A DNA stretch of 51,469 nt, counting the filler, from Sphacelaria rigidula (Eukaryota): the NCBI GenBank assembly GCA_964200075.2. It is 3 parts of 3 records of this genome, joined end to end, with 100 filler letters (N's around TTAATTAATTAA, not from the genome) between each part and the next. Parts side by side here need not be neighbours in the genome. Positions count along the whole stretch, not along the records: positions 1 to 17,094 come from CAXNAA020001171.1; 2 more parts are not named here. One strand, given 5' to 3'. Shown here one piece after another: positions 1 to 13,100 of this stretch. The stretch's first letter is position 1. Each line of letters opens with the position of its first letter. The notes beneath the pieces were generated by a model that was not told where the DNA came from, did no database searches, and worked only from the letters and a program-made list of their open reading frames with translations. The translations under genes were made by a program, and so were the position numbers.

Positions 1-36
<36 letters not shown>
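1..36. repeat. (TAA)12 microsatellite, truncated by the window start
   Basis: Perfect TAA repeats read directly from the sequence. Confidence 0.98.
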
Positions 37-37
<1 letters not shown>

Positions 38-1339
38 CAAAGAAGAAAAGACGAAACCGGGGGAAGGGAGGTGATTGTTTGGTTTGGCCTGATTTCGAGC
101 CCAAAAAGTATTTTCGTTTCCGTAAAAAACGTTACCATTCCTCAGAATTCCTTGTTGAATGTGTTCGATACTACTGCTGGCTGCTTTACGCTACGTGCAC
201 GCGTTGTTTGTGCTATGTACACTGCACGCGCGTTACTGTTTCTGCAGTGTGGCCAGTCCAGTCTAGTGCTTGTATTGGTGTTTCACTAGAACTTCGCGGA
301 ACCAATTGTCATCACGGACTCGTAGTCGGATCAAGAATTCATCAATCGATCCACGAGCTAGATTACTGCTGCTGTTCCGTGCTCGTTTTTTTCAGCGATC
401 CACCGTAAATATTCCTTTTGTAAACATAAGTGTACAGACTTCCTGGTGTGGGGGTTGAGACGCGTGGGAGGGCAGTAAGGGATGAAATTGCGGGGGAATG
501 TTTATTTGATTGATCCTCGTTTCACTCTGCACTGGAGACTTCAGGCAGTGGATTAGTATGGCAGGAAGTGAAGCGAAGATAAACACCGCCGGCTTGAACT
601 GATTGAATGCCGTATGATTTGCCAATTTGCGCCCGAGATTGTTTTATTCTTGCGGTTGATTGACCAAAGAGACATCACACATACATCCACACTAACTCAG
701 TTTGAGTCTCACTGCACACACCCTGCTTCTCACCGTCTAGATACTCTCCGTACAGGGAGCTTTTTTAGTTGATCGCCATTACAACACCCTTCCTTCGCTG
801 CATTTTCTTTCGCTTTTCAGGAGGTACGCGTGTCACACGCATTGCTGCACTATTATATTACTAGTGTACCATACATTATCCCGGGAACTGTGTGATCGTT
901 CCATGCGCGAGCGCGGCAGCACGCAGCATCCCGGTCATCATCGATATATTTATTCATCATGTGTGACTACAAACAACCGAGAGAATAATCATGTTTCGAT
1001 ATCACAGATCGCATGCGTGTGTGCGTGTGTGTCGTGTGGGAATGCCGGAACGGCGTGCTCTCGGGGGCGGCTCTCACAGAATAACTCTTCGTTTGTTCAT
1101 TCTCATGTCCATGCTCAACGTTGTGTCGGTTCCTTCGTTCACGAAAACTTACCCCGTTACCTTCGGTTTGGGGCTGTGAACGACAGCTTCCATAACATGT
1201 ATATCATCCGAACGAACGCCTCCAGAGCTGCAGAGCGCCCCCGCGCCCCTCCCAGCACAAAGTACAGTCGCGCACCAATCTGCCGTCACTTCGGCACACA
1301 ACATACGTTTTCAACCTATGGGTTGCAGCACACGACGAA

Positions 1340-1470
1340 ACATAGACACACCAACACGCCCACACACGCCCACACCCACACGACGGGACATATAGACACA
1401 GACAAGACATCGACACACGCGCACTGACACACAAACGCACGAACATACACACACGCACACACACACACGG
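1340..1470. repeat. Degenerate (CA)-rich simple repeat
   Basis: CACA/GACA-rich low-complexity tract; it generates spurious His/Thr and Cys/Val ORFs. Confidence 0.8.
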
Positions 1471-2862
1471 TTCGGCCTTCTCTTGAAATATTCGAAAAAT
1501 AGCTCTAGTGTGCATGTATGATGTGGAGGAAACATAATTTAGTTCCACGTACCTCGGCAAAACCACAGGCTATGATCTAGCAACAAGGGGCGCCTCGGCG
1601 CGGCGTAAGGCTAGTAAAACTTAAAGATGCAATCAAGACCCTGAACCCTCCTCTTGTCAGAATGTATGACGTGAACTACACAACTAAACAGGCTCGAACC
1701 CCGCCCTCCCACCCCCTCAGGCTTTGATGAGGTGATTTTGTCGTGTCTACAAACCTACCTGTTGCCGGAACCTTCTGGGACAGAACGCGCGGAAGAGTCA
1801 CAGAACAAACGAAAAAAAAAGAAGTGGTGAAGACTACGAAAAACTTTCACCGGCCCGCCTGAACTGAATACAATACCCCTTCTCCCCTCTGCCCATTACA
1901 TAGAGAAAAAATCCAGAACGTTCAACGCAAGAGATAAAATATCCCCAAGTCTCTTCATCTCCCTCGCCCTCCCTACTCCCTCTCGGTTGGTGCCGTCTAC
2001 GAGAGGACCGGAAGCCATGCGTGTCATCCATTAGCCGGGAGCCCGCAGTTTGCCACACGGGGGAAGCGATATGAATTCATTTTCGTTTCTTCGTTCGTGC
2101 GGCCAAAGTCATCCCCTCTCTCCCGAGGCCTTACCGCAACCAACTCCCCCTGTCATTCTACTGGCGCCTCTTGGTTTCTCACCGCGGACACAAGGCGGAC
2201 GTGATAGTTTTCGGGGGACTAGCACCCTCATTTTGTACTATGCGCCCTCGCTCTAGCATGCATACCGTAAATAGCGGGTGAAAAAGAAGACATACAAGAC
2301 CTCATCCCGTCCTCATTAACGTACGCATAGTGTGGGCGCACGCCGAGCTCGCCACGCCGATTTCTCGTTCGGGCAAAAAACATAGAGAACACCACAGAAC
2401 GAAGACACGTGCAGACGTTGGAAAAACGCACGGCACACACGCAACACATGAACAACACTACCGGCCCCTCTCTCTTATATCAGTTTTTTTTACTCTAAAA
2501 ACAGTAAAAGAAAATACCGGAAAATATTATATATATATATATATATATGTATTAGTACGCAAAACAAGAATCCACAGGAAAAATAGTCTGTTAAGGGGTA
2601 CACTTTTCCCGAGCCTGGCCGGTTAATGAAACTAGAGTCGGAAGTACAGTAATGAACGCCCCTCACGAGGTTGCGGGCACATGCATATACCATACCAACG
2701 TCACATTCCTCTTCCAGCACAAATTACCCGGTTAACACCCACCACACCCATCGAATCACGGAAGGAGTGTGAATCCGGCTCTTTTCACGTTCAAGTAGCC
2801 GTACGTAGATTCTTTTAGCTCACAAGGGCACGCCGAAGGTTTCCCGAAAAAATAAATCACGT

Positions 2863-2868
2863 CAACAA

Positions 2869-2911
<43 letters not shown>

Positions 2912-3060
2912 GATGACGACGACGACGACGACGACGTCACCACCAACAACAACAACAACAACAATAACAACCAACAACCAACAACCAACAACCAACAGGA
3001 GCAGTCAACGACAACAACAACAACAACGGCAACAACAACAACAGCAACAGTAACAGTAAC
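2863..3060. repeat. Compound trinucleotide microsatellite (CAA/CAG/GAC/CAA plus CAAC variants)
   Basis: Consecutive CAA, CAG, GAC and CAA arrays seen directly. Confidence 0.95.
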
Positions 3061-5563
3061 ACCTGACAATCGCACAGATATATGAACTTCCTCCCCGGCC
3101 TCTCGCAAAATTCCTTTTTCGTGCAAGCTCCGTCTCTCTCCCTCCCATCCCCTCCCTATCTTTCTCCTAATCCCAGCCAAGGCCCTCGGCGCCGATACGG
3201 TTGGTTTTCCTTCTCTTCTACGACGACTGCCATTTGAAGGCCTACAATAATACATTTTCATCGTGTCTGATTTTGCGGTTGAATCTAACCGGAGCGGGGG
3301 AGGGAGCGGGTAGGACACAGACACAAACCCGCGTGTGCACGCACGCACGCGCAAACGTTGAACAACCAAAACTGGACAAAAAACAAACCCTGACTCTCCC
3401 TCCCACCCCGTATCTTGGACTGCTACTATTCAACGTTTGTTCTCCCAATAAACCCCATATTTCGACCCGGTCAATAACGCCGCACCGCATTTCGGGAAAA
3501 GAACATACATAATGGGAGAATGAGAGATTGATCTATCGATCCATCTATCAATCAACGATCGACGGGACATGGGGAAAAACGGGGGCATGCATTGAGGACA
3601 AAAAAATACCGAAGCTTGATGATAAAAAAACGGAAAATCTTGCCGATACAAGACAAAAGGAAACTACTAATGCTACTTGAGAAAAAACATGGCAGAAAAC
3701 AACAAGGAAATATATACGGGAGGAGGGGAAAAGAGGAAGGGAATTGTTTCCCCGAAAAAATGTTCGCCACCTCGAGATACACCAAACAAGTGAAAAGAGG
3801 CTTGCCAATCAAAACACACGATACACAAACAGTACAATACGTTCGTGTTCCTGTCCAATTTCAGCACGCACGTACTTCGTCCTTCCGCATGCAATCTTCA
3901 TGTTACATATCTTCACTGACGGTATCTTACAACCAACTATACGCTTTGACACCACGAGAAAAAGTGAGGGTAGAGGCGAGAGGAGAAAGGGGGTAAACAC
4001 AGTGAAGGGCATGTATCATCCAAGGCTTAGAGCGTACATATCCACAGCAAGAGCCAGCTGTACACCAAGGCAAAATCGGCGCGCAAAGCACCAGTAGTTT
4101 CCTGCGCGACCCTCGCTATCGCCCATTAACCAAAAATATCAACACGCCCAACTAACCCCCCCCCCCGCCACGCCCGTGTGGACTAATGAATCAGACCCGA
4201 CTGTAAGATCAGCTGGGGCGCAGTGCTAATAATACACACGCTTTTGATCCCCATCGCTCTCTATCCGCTAACGGGAATCGCCCCCGACCAATTGCCACCG
4301 CCATCGTCTACAAAACAGGAATCATACAGAAAAAGAGGGGGGCGCCGAAAGTGGTTGAGCGCACCAAAGGCGGAACCAGCTCCCAACGCAGCACAGTAGA
4401 TACGAGTGTGGCAGAAGAAGGTTTTCTCCTCTTTTCCTTCCCGCACGAGCAGTGAGTCTCATCTTTGCTATGTGTCTGCCCCTAGTGTAACCGAACAGCG
4501 CAAGACCAAACACCTACAAGACAGGGGGAGGTAGAAGGGGGCGGGGGGAACACAGGAAAAAAGAACCCAGCAAATAGGGACAAAAAAAAATGTTTTTTCG
4601 TCTTCTTTTTTGTATTGATTCCTTTTTCTCCCCTGCCCACTCTTCATAAAAGATAAGAACGTGCGTGACATTTCTTAACCCCCCCTCGTACGCAGTTTAG
4701 TCACGGCCCAGAACGTGTAGCTCAGGTATCATCGCCGACCCACAAAAAACAGCGTAAAAAAATCTTTTCATCGTTATACGCAAATTTATAGCTACCATGC
4801 GTGAAAGATAGAGCAAGGATGCGCGTGCCTCTTCGGTTAAGCGACCCGCGGCACAAGCTCTGACGACCAACAAACACACATCGCACACAACTCAAAACGT
4901 TGTCGATAACCCCACTCAAAACAGACCCAACCTCAAGAAAAAGAAGTGAAGACCTCTTCCAGAAAAATATGTCGAATGACACATACCACTTGATGCCCAC
5001 GGAATGGTGGAACGTTTTACCCTCCCCCTTCTTCTGCTCGTCTCACCAACAGCCCAGCCTTTGGCTAGCCAGCCTACCGAAAACGATTAGTGTATGCTGC
5101 GGAGGACGCGTTCGAAAGATCATGAGAACGTACGAAGTGTTTCTCACAATCAAGTTTTCACGTAGCATACCACCTAACGAGACACCAGCATGAACCATCA
5201 TCACCACCGCTAGTTCAGAAGCTTCGGTACAAGGAAAACCTCGAGTCACACGTGCATTGTGCCACCCAACCGCCAGTTCATCTATTCATTGCTTTACCTT
5301 CCATCAAATATTTCACAGCGAGATCCCAAAAGTCAGGGCGCGGGGGGGACGGGCCGTGACCCGGAAACGGACAAAGGGGGTAGTGGTTCTCCTTTCCTCG
5401 CACGAGTTCCTCATCCATCCTCCCGTCTGCAACAAGCACGGTGGCGGCACCGGGGTGAGCTCATGGAGTGTCTGCGAGAAATGCCCTTATCGACCTTCTC
5501 TTCCTGCGCATTACTTGGCTCTTTCGCTCTCAACAGTGGTTGCGGCTCTTCCCATATATTTCG

Positions 5564-7129
5564 TCATGTTCGCCCGCCGTCACCACCACCACCATCATCA
5601 CCATCACCATTACCGTTGCCGCCGCCATTACCGCCGCCGCCACCGCCGACCGCCGGCTTCGCTGCTGCTGGCGCCGGTGCGGCCATCGGCGACAAGATGC
5701 TCTCGATTCGCGCTTCGCCTCGCCGACGCTCGAACCACTCCTCCTGTCTGTCTCCACCACCACCTCCACTCCTGGCCCGCGCCCGAGCAACACCCTCGCT
5801 GCCGTGAGCCGACGCGGAAGCGAGAGTAGAGCGCACGCCGACCTCCATCGGGGAGCGCCGGCCGCTACGGGAACCCTGCGACGTTGGTGACCCACCTCCG
5901 TGCACACCAGCCGTGTGGCTTTCTAAAGAGGCACGCGGCGATACGGTCGGGTCCGCCTCCATTCCCGTGCCACCCAGTTCGCTGGGAAACGTCCCAGTGG
6001 AGCCAGTCGATCTTCGGCGTACGTGACGCTCTCGCGTACCCCACTCCCCTGCCGCGCCGCCCCTCGCCGCGCTGCCTCCGCCACCTCCTGCCCGCCATCG
6101 CTTGTGTTCTTCCGATCTCGGGCCTTCCGTACCGATATCGCTACCTTGTCGAGGCGGCGATAAGGTCCGCTTCCTTGGACGGTCGAAACCCCAGTCTTGA
6201 CGACCTGGATGCCTGCTTTCTAATGGAGGGCGCCAATGTTGGTCCTCACTACCCATCCTCCGGTCACTAGCTTCATCACCACCTCCGCCACCACCAGAGG
6301 AGAACCCCTCTCCACTTCTGCCGTAATACCCGCCAACGGGGACGGCTCGGTCGTCCGTTCGGTCGTCAGCCCGGTGGTGCCACTCGTATCGCCTCAATTC
6401 GGCCTCATCGGGCCGTTCTTGCCGACCTTCGTACCGGGCCGTCGCCATCGATGATGGCGAATGGTAGTACCGCATCTCACCTTCCCCGCCGCTGCTACTA
6501 CGACGACCGCCGCCGCTGTCTCCGCTGCCTCCGCCACCGTACGGTCCCCAGTCTCTAGGCGGGTGATGGTGGTCGAGGGGGCGTGGCGGGGAGGGTCTTG
6601 CTGCCGTAGATGGCGGCGGCAGCCGGTGCCATTGGGGTCGCCACTCGGAACCCCCACCGCCTACCTCTTCTCTTGGTGCTCCAACTGTCCATCGCCTCTG
6701 CACATCGCCCTGGTCACCGCCACGGCCACCCATTTCAACCGATCGGCTACGAGGTTCTCGAGACGAATACGTCCGGGGTTCCCCACGAGATGGTACACCG
6801 CCAGGTGGAACATCGTGGCCGTGCACGTCTCGCGGGAACACCTGTGGAGATAATCTCCAGGAAAGGGGCTGAGGAGAAGGACGAAAACCGAATCCCGCAG
6901 TGGGATCTGGTGGCTCCCTTGGAGACGGGCGGAATGTCATCGAGGAGGAGAGTAACGTGTCACGGTCTTCTGCACTGCCAAGTCTCCGATCTTCCCCATG
7001 CGGTGAGCGAGAAATCGCGCCGCCACCGAGGTTGCTGCCAGCAGGAGAGTATCTTGGGGCCATGCTGCTTAAATCGCGCTCAAAAGGATTCACTTCGTAC
7101 CGTAAAGAGGTCCCAACGGGCGGGGGCGG
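5564..7129 (-). CDS. Zn2Cys6 TF terminal coding exon (Pro/Gly/Arg/Ser-rich, disordered)
   Basis: Acceptor ...gaccgaaacAG|CCG CCC CCG at 7130/7129, in frame with the 509-aa ORF 5564..7093; stop TGA at 5564-5566; phase 0 matches the donor at 7966. Confidence 0.85.
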   Translation of the reverse strand, partial: PPPPVGTSLRYEVNPFERDLSSMAPRYSPAGSNLGGGAISRSPHGEDRRLGSAEDRDTLLSSSMTFRPSPREPPDPTAGFGFRPSPQPLSWRLSPQVFPRDVHGHDVPPGGVPSRGEPRTYSSREPRSRSVEMGGRGGDQGDVQRRWTVGAPREEVGGGGSEWRPQWHRLPPPSTAARPSPPRPLDHHHPPRDWGPYGGGGSGDSGGGRRSSSGGEGEMRYYHSPSSMATARYEGRQERPDEAELRRYEWHHRADDRTDDRAVPVGGYYGRSGEGFSSGGGGGGDEASDRRMGSEDQHWRPPLESRHPGRQDWGFDRPRKRTLSPPRQGSDIGTEGPRSEEHKRWRAGGGGGSAARGGAAGEWGTRERHVRRRSTGSTGTFPSELGGTGMEADPTVSPRASLESHTAGVHGGGSPTSQGSRSGRRSPMEVGVRSTLASASAHGSEGVARARARSGGGGGDRQEEWFERRRGEARIESILSPMAAPAPAAAKPAVGGGGGGNGGGNGNGDGDDGGGGDGGRT

Positions 7130-10100
7130 CTGTTTCGGTCACGATCAAGTAAGGATAAATGTGAAACGAAGAGGAGGGGGGCAGGGATACAAGTATAAGG
7201 ATGGTGGAGGCGAGGGGGGGGAACCGGCCCAGTAGATGACGCGAAGGATACCATCAATGAATGATGCCAGTGTCACATATTCCCTACAGCGCGTTGGTTA
7301 CAGTTGGACACCAACGGGACGGCCTTACAAACGATGGTTGGTCTAAGTTGAGGCTGAATTCAGCATTTGCATGCATACTTCCTTTATCCCATAAGTATAG
7401 GTACCTAAATTTGTACGGGTCGTTGACGACAGCCATTTTTTTGTTTTTTTAATCAACTCTGCGGTGTTTTTTGGGTTGAGAAAATGTGTTTAAAATTTGC
7501 AGCTCGTGCTTGAACCGTGCCGCCGAACGGCTACAAAAAAAGTAGTCGGCCCAAAAATGGCCGTTTCTTGCCCCTTTCCGAGCGGAAAAAAAATGTCGAT
7601 TTTTTTGTTTTTCACCGCCCCGAGGCTTGCTGTCAGGAAGTCCCACGCAATAAAAAAATAAAAAAGCGACACTTTTTCCCCCCTCGGAAAGGGGCAAAAG
7701 ACGGCCATTTTTGGGCCGACTACTTTTTTGGCAACCGTACGGCGGCATGGTTCAAGCACGAGCTGCAAATTTTGAACACATTTTCTTAACCCAAGAAACA
7801 CGGTAGAGTTCATCAAAACAAAAAACAATCGGACATCGTTAAGGGCTCGTATAAATTTAGGTACCTTTACTTATGGGACAGAGGAAGTACACAGGAGCCC
7901 TTCGAGACGGGAGAGCGTCACATGGGTGCATTCTCCGAAGGGTCGACGGCCTACTGGACAACTCACCAGCCGGAAACGGCCGCCATGGCCGGATCCCGTC
8001 CCCGACCCACCAAACTCATCGCGCGGGGCTGAGCTCGAGCGCTCCCAGTTGAATGGCGGTGCCCTATCGCGCCTGCGGTCGTCACCTCCAGCATCTGATG
8101 TGGAAGCACCCGGCACCGAAAAAAAAGAGCCCTGTCCACCACTGCCGGCACCGCCGGCCTGCACCGCATACGATGCCTCCGCATCCCTCGCCCGACCACC
8201 TGATGCAGTCCCTCCCCCTGCAGCTGCCGCGGCGGCCTCTACAGCCGCCGCCGCGGCGGCCTCCAGGCGGGACAGTCCCGAACCACTCGTCGCCTCGGCG
8301 GCCCAACCAGACCAAGCGGCAGGATGGCCACCACCACCGTGATGCTGCCGCCGTTGTTGCTGGGTAAGGGGCCCCGCCGCCGACAAACTTGCAACATCGG
8401 GCGATCTCGATTGGCCCACACTACTCCTCTCTGCCGTGGCTACTGCTGTCGTCTGGGGAGACTGTGACTCTTGTTGCTGTGCGAAGCGCTCACCGCGAAA
8501 CGACCCGGCGTGCTGTCTTGGCGGCGAGCGTGAAGGCATCGGGGGAACGCCGAAATCACCTCGTAGGTGCTGTTGCGGCATCCCTCTTCCCCTCGAACCA
8601 CCTGCCGGAGACTCCTCCCTCGCCACTATGGTGCCGCCGCTCATCGCTCGGGTGTGTCCAAGAAACGAAGACGGGCTCATCGGCGACGAGCCAACCAGCA
8701 GAGACGGGGTCAGGGAAGATGCCTGCCGTCCGTGTACGCCCCCGCTGCCCATGGATTCGCTGGAACCGGGGCCGGGACTCGATAGTGGAACGTCACGCCG
8801 CGGCAGCGGCGGCGGAAGTCCAGGATCGGCGGCACGCCCGATGTCGGTAGCCGTGGCGGCTCGATCCGCCCACTCAGCGATCGCTCCTCTCTTGCGCCTC
8901 GGGGCGTACTTGGTGCCCTTGGCGGGTCCACTCTTTTTCCGAGCACTGCGCGTGCAGGGCTTATTTCTACGAGAGCAGAGCGTGCACGGGCTCTTGCCAT
9001 CGCAGGCCCGCTTTAGCCTTACGCAAAAGTCACAAGATCGACGAAGCTCGACCGCGGGTTCCTGCGATTCCTGCTGAGTATAAATCGTTTTGGATACATA
9101 AGGGAAGTCAATCAGTGCAATAGAAACGTTTTTCATGTACGTGCAAAGGAGGAGTGTAGGTTGTATATCAACGTCTGAGAGAGAGGCGGGGCGGGGCGGG
9201 GCGGCGGCGGCGGCGGCGGCGGGGGGGTGCTCATTCGTTGCTTGCCTTAGTCGTTTGACCATTGACTATGCATCCCTTTCGAGACGGAGCACCGTTCCTA
9301 CTCACAATAGAGATACCTCCAACATTTCGGCGCCCATTACCTTTCTGCCATACATGACACAGAAACCTTTTATCCCCATCCTGTTTCGCCGTCTGTGCCC
9401 ACCATCCATCTTTTAGTATAGCCATCGTTTTTTCGCTACTGTCTAATGCATCAAACGATTTCATGCCAACTTCGTTTACTTCCCTCATTTCCATCTTTCA
9501 CAAGTCCCATCTATCCTTGTGTAGTTCACAATATGTCACTATATGAGTTCTACTCTCTATTGCTTTGCCACGGGGACAGTTTTGTGCATCTACTTCCTCC
9601 ACTCGACTTCTGGTATATCTGTCTTCTTTGTGGCAGGTCCAGGTCCCCCCGAAATCGCAGTTACAACTTTGTCGCGGAGTTCATTGGGCCATGCAGATAT
9701 GTTTTTATCCTTATCCCCTCTCTTAACCGCCGTATATCTTCTGGTGCTCTGCCTCCTCTACTTTGTGTGTTCCGATGGAGTGGAGGCGTAAGGGTGGCGG
9801 CGGGGCATTTATTCTCGCCTCATTTGCGGACGGGGAGGGGGGGGGGGATTCACAAAGAGTACTGTGCATCGAACATCTACGGAGATTTTGCCTGACATAT
9901 CATTTGACATTGATGCTCAGTCAATTTCCTTCTTCGCTCCTTTATATGGTATAGCGCTGTAGAATATCAACGCCGCGCATCGGTAGCCTCAACTGGCAAT
10001 CCAACGGCCACTTAAGGCTGAATTCCGACATATATGATCTTTGTGAGCAGAACCGGTTGATCATTGTGAGCAAAGCCTGTTACCCGCCCCAAAATGCGCG

Positions 10101-13100
10101 AGGGCGTGAATGGGGGAAGAAAACAGACGTGAATTAGCTCTTTGCGGGAGTGCCACTCCAACCCGCGATAGAGAAATGCCAGGCAGGTCCCGGGACAGAC
10201 GCATGTTGATCCCTCGATTACACACGTGTACAAAAAGTTGCCTGAAGGGAAATGATACCTGGGCGCTTCCTGGGGTGAGGAGTCTGTATTTTACCCCACC
10301 AAGCCGGTCGCCCCGGTGGCTCGGTTGGTACCTCCGACACCTTCACACGGCTGAGATGTGGGTTCGAATCTCGGAGCGATCTTGGATTTTCTCTCACAAT
10401 GTTAAAAGTGGAAAGTGACTATGCCGTGGGTACACGAAATTCGACTCAATGGTCGACGAGGGAAAGGGTTTGTCGAACGCTTCTCGCGATAAAAATTAAA
10501 GTCAATCACCGCAGAAGAAAGGTAAAGAACTAGAAGAAAAAAAAAACTCCTGTGTTGGCCTTCCTCCGGGGTGACCCCCGCTGGTGCGCCCACATATACC
10601 AAAAGGGGCAGACTGGCGTCTAGAATAGATGGGACAACACACATCAAAACGATATATCGACGCCCGCGGAGGAGGCAGAGGGCGGGAACGACATTGACTC
10701 ACAACAAACCTGTGTTTAATAAAGCGGGAACAATGTTCACCGCGACGTCACCAACCCCTTCCCCCCCGAGAGTTATGATTGAAACCCTGGTTCATTTCAT
10801 AACTCTCGTACATTGTTGGTACCCTGTAAGGAGGGTGGGCGGTGTACGGCTGCTGGAAGAGACGTTATACCCTTGCTGTAGATGCGATTTGACAAGTATC
10901 GTCCACTTTGTTGACGCCTCCTTATAATTTGTCCCACGGTCAGATAGCCTTTCATTCCCCCGGTTCACCATCGAGCAAGTGCGATCAGTGTATATAGTAC
11001 AGAGTGCAAATTTGGAAGGCAGCGCTCACGTCACAGGGCCTACTCCATCCGCGCACCCGTCATTCGTGGAAACTGCAACATCACCGTATATTATAGTTAC
11101 AACGTACATTTTTAGGACAATGCCGTTCCGGTGAAGTAGTTTACAAGTGTGGCTCGTTTATATTCCGACGCATACGACGGAACATCATGCCTACTGTATG
11201 GAGGAAAATCCTGCTCATGAGAGATCATCCAAGGTTCAAGGAAGTGCAGACCTCGAAGGTCCCGCGCCTCTCCTGTGTGAAGACACGCAAAGCTGCTTAC
11301 AACCGCTCGGGTTCAGATAAATTGTTCGATGAAGTATCGCAGATTTGTAGATCGTGGATGGTTGAGGATACTATACATAGTCTGTCTGCAGGAGGATAAG
11401 CCGTCACCCTTCATCTCCAACCGATATCGCAGTTCAAAACTATCATGCATCCTACATGCAGACAGTACAGCGTAGAACGAAAGATTGTGCAGGACTGACG
11501 ATTGAGATTGCGGGCATGAGAATCCGAACGAGGACGCGCCGGACTTTTCACGGATTGCCTGTGCTCCTCAATGTTTCGGAGGTGGAGCGTCACCCGATAG
11601 AAATTGGAGGGCAGCGACATTCGGAAGTGTAAGAAACTGTAGACCATGATATGGAAGTCTCACGCCATTTGAAGACACCGGGCGGAGTGTGACGAGATTG
11701 TCAGGGAAGTGCCGACGAATAAAAATGAAGGATTAGAAAGAAAAAAATGGAAAGAACAACAGAAGGCTAACCCTTTGACCGCCAGGGTAGCGGGTCATCT
11801 ATTGAACCGGCATCATTTTCAGCCGAAAACTGAAAATAACACCCGCACGACTTAAACTGGCGGCAAAGGGGTTAAAATCGCAGAGTTCGGGATTACTGAA
11901 TTATGAAATAAAGGTAAGGGAAGACTGGTAAGAATCGAAACAGAAGGCTTTACCCTCCGACCACGCGAGTGGCGAGTTTGATGTTTGGGAATATAGGAGC
12001 AGGAGCAATCGTGTACAAAAATTGATACACAACCTGGTGCATTGGCATATGTGAACTCAGATTGACTTGCAGTCAACTGGTTACACAGGCAAAGGGGGGA
12101 TGTACATCAGGAGATTTTGTATCAAAAGGACATGTGAAAAACATGGAGGATTCCTGTCGGTGTGCGGAGCGAAGTAGATTTTACTGCTGTACAGTACAGT
12201 AATAAAACAGTACTGTCAGTCACATCCTCAGTGGTTCTTCCGTGCGCTGGCCCCGATAGCTACCACACATGGGACGCGGCAGCATGCGCAATAGGGAAAG
12301 AGTGGACGGCACTGCGACATCAACGTACAGCTGTCAGCGGCACATTGGTGCCACTACAGTGTGATACGGTAAGATCCAATCTTTGTAAAAGCGGGGTCGG
12401 GGGTGCTTCAAGATGAACTCGCATGAGCTCTTCAACGTGGGGCAGAGAGAGCATGAACAGGCAACAGGTACCCACTGCCGACCAAGTAGGCGAAGTTACC
12501 GAGTCATCCAAGTTAGGGCAGCGCAGCGGGTGTATTTCTCCCCGCACAAAACGATATAATATCAAGTACTGAAAAGAAGGGGGATCTACTTCGTCATGAC
12601 TACACACCACGGTTGTAGTACCCGTACGTACCGGAGATTCTCTTCTTCAGGGGAAACCTGACCGCTACGAAATCCGGCTGGCCTTCCGTTATATGTGTTC
12701 CGTGATTCGTTGGCTTCGAGGCTTGACGCTCTTTGAGAAATATCGGTAACGCAGATAAACGACGCTGGCTCTACTGTTGTGGCGGGCCCTGGTGATCCAC
12801 ATGAACGAGAACAATGAACGACGCCAGGACCACGAAATATAATACACGATGTGCCTGGACAGAGAGTGTAGAATGAACAAATGAGACAAATTCCCTGCGG
12901 CAGCTGTTCGACGCGGCTCCTATTACTCGTAGCCAACTGCAAGCGCTGACCAATATGCACGCAGCCTGAACATCACGGTCAACATACTGTAACGCGTACA
13001 GTCGACCGCATGGAGAGTAGAGACGGTGATGAAATCTCGTGTGCTACATGGTGATCCGATACTTGGTCGGGGTGTCATTGAAACAGTTGAAAATACGAAA

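Noticed and set aside
2756-3369. Poly-Val/Ala/Leu ORFs resembling transmembrane proteins
   Set aside because: These are translations of the compound microsatellite.
5257-9077. Many plus-strand ORFs (poly-His, poly-Pro, Ala-rich)
   Set aside because: These are antisense shadows of GC-rich TF exons.
9074-9262. ORF-track N-terminus MVKRLRQ..PPAAAAAAAPP of the Zn-cluster ORF
   Set aside because: It looks like read-through into an intron (GCC microsatellite, branch site and acceptor at 9074), although an unspliced start at 9262 cannot be fully excluded.
10310-10380. Functional tRNA gene (also considered at 25270-25343, about 27740-27790 and 29940-30003)
   Set aside because: A/B-box-like motifs are present, but no intact acceptor or anticodon stems; SINE heads explain them better.
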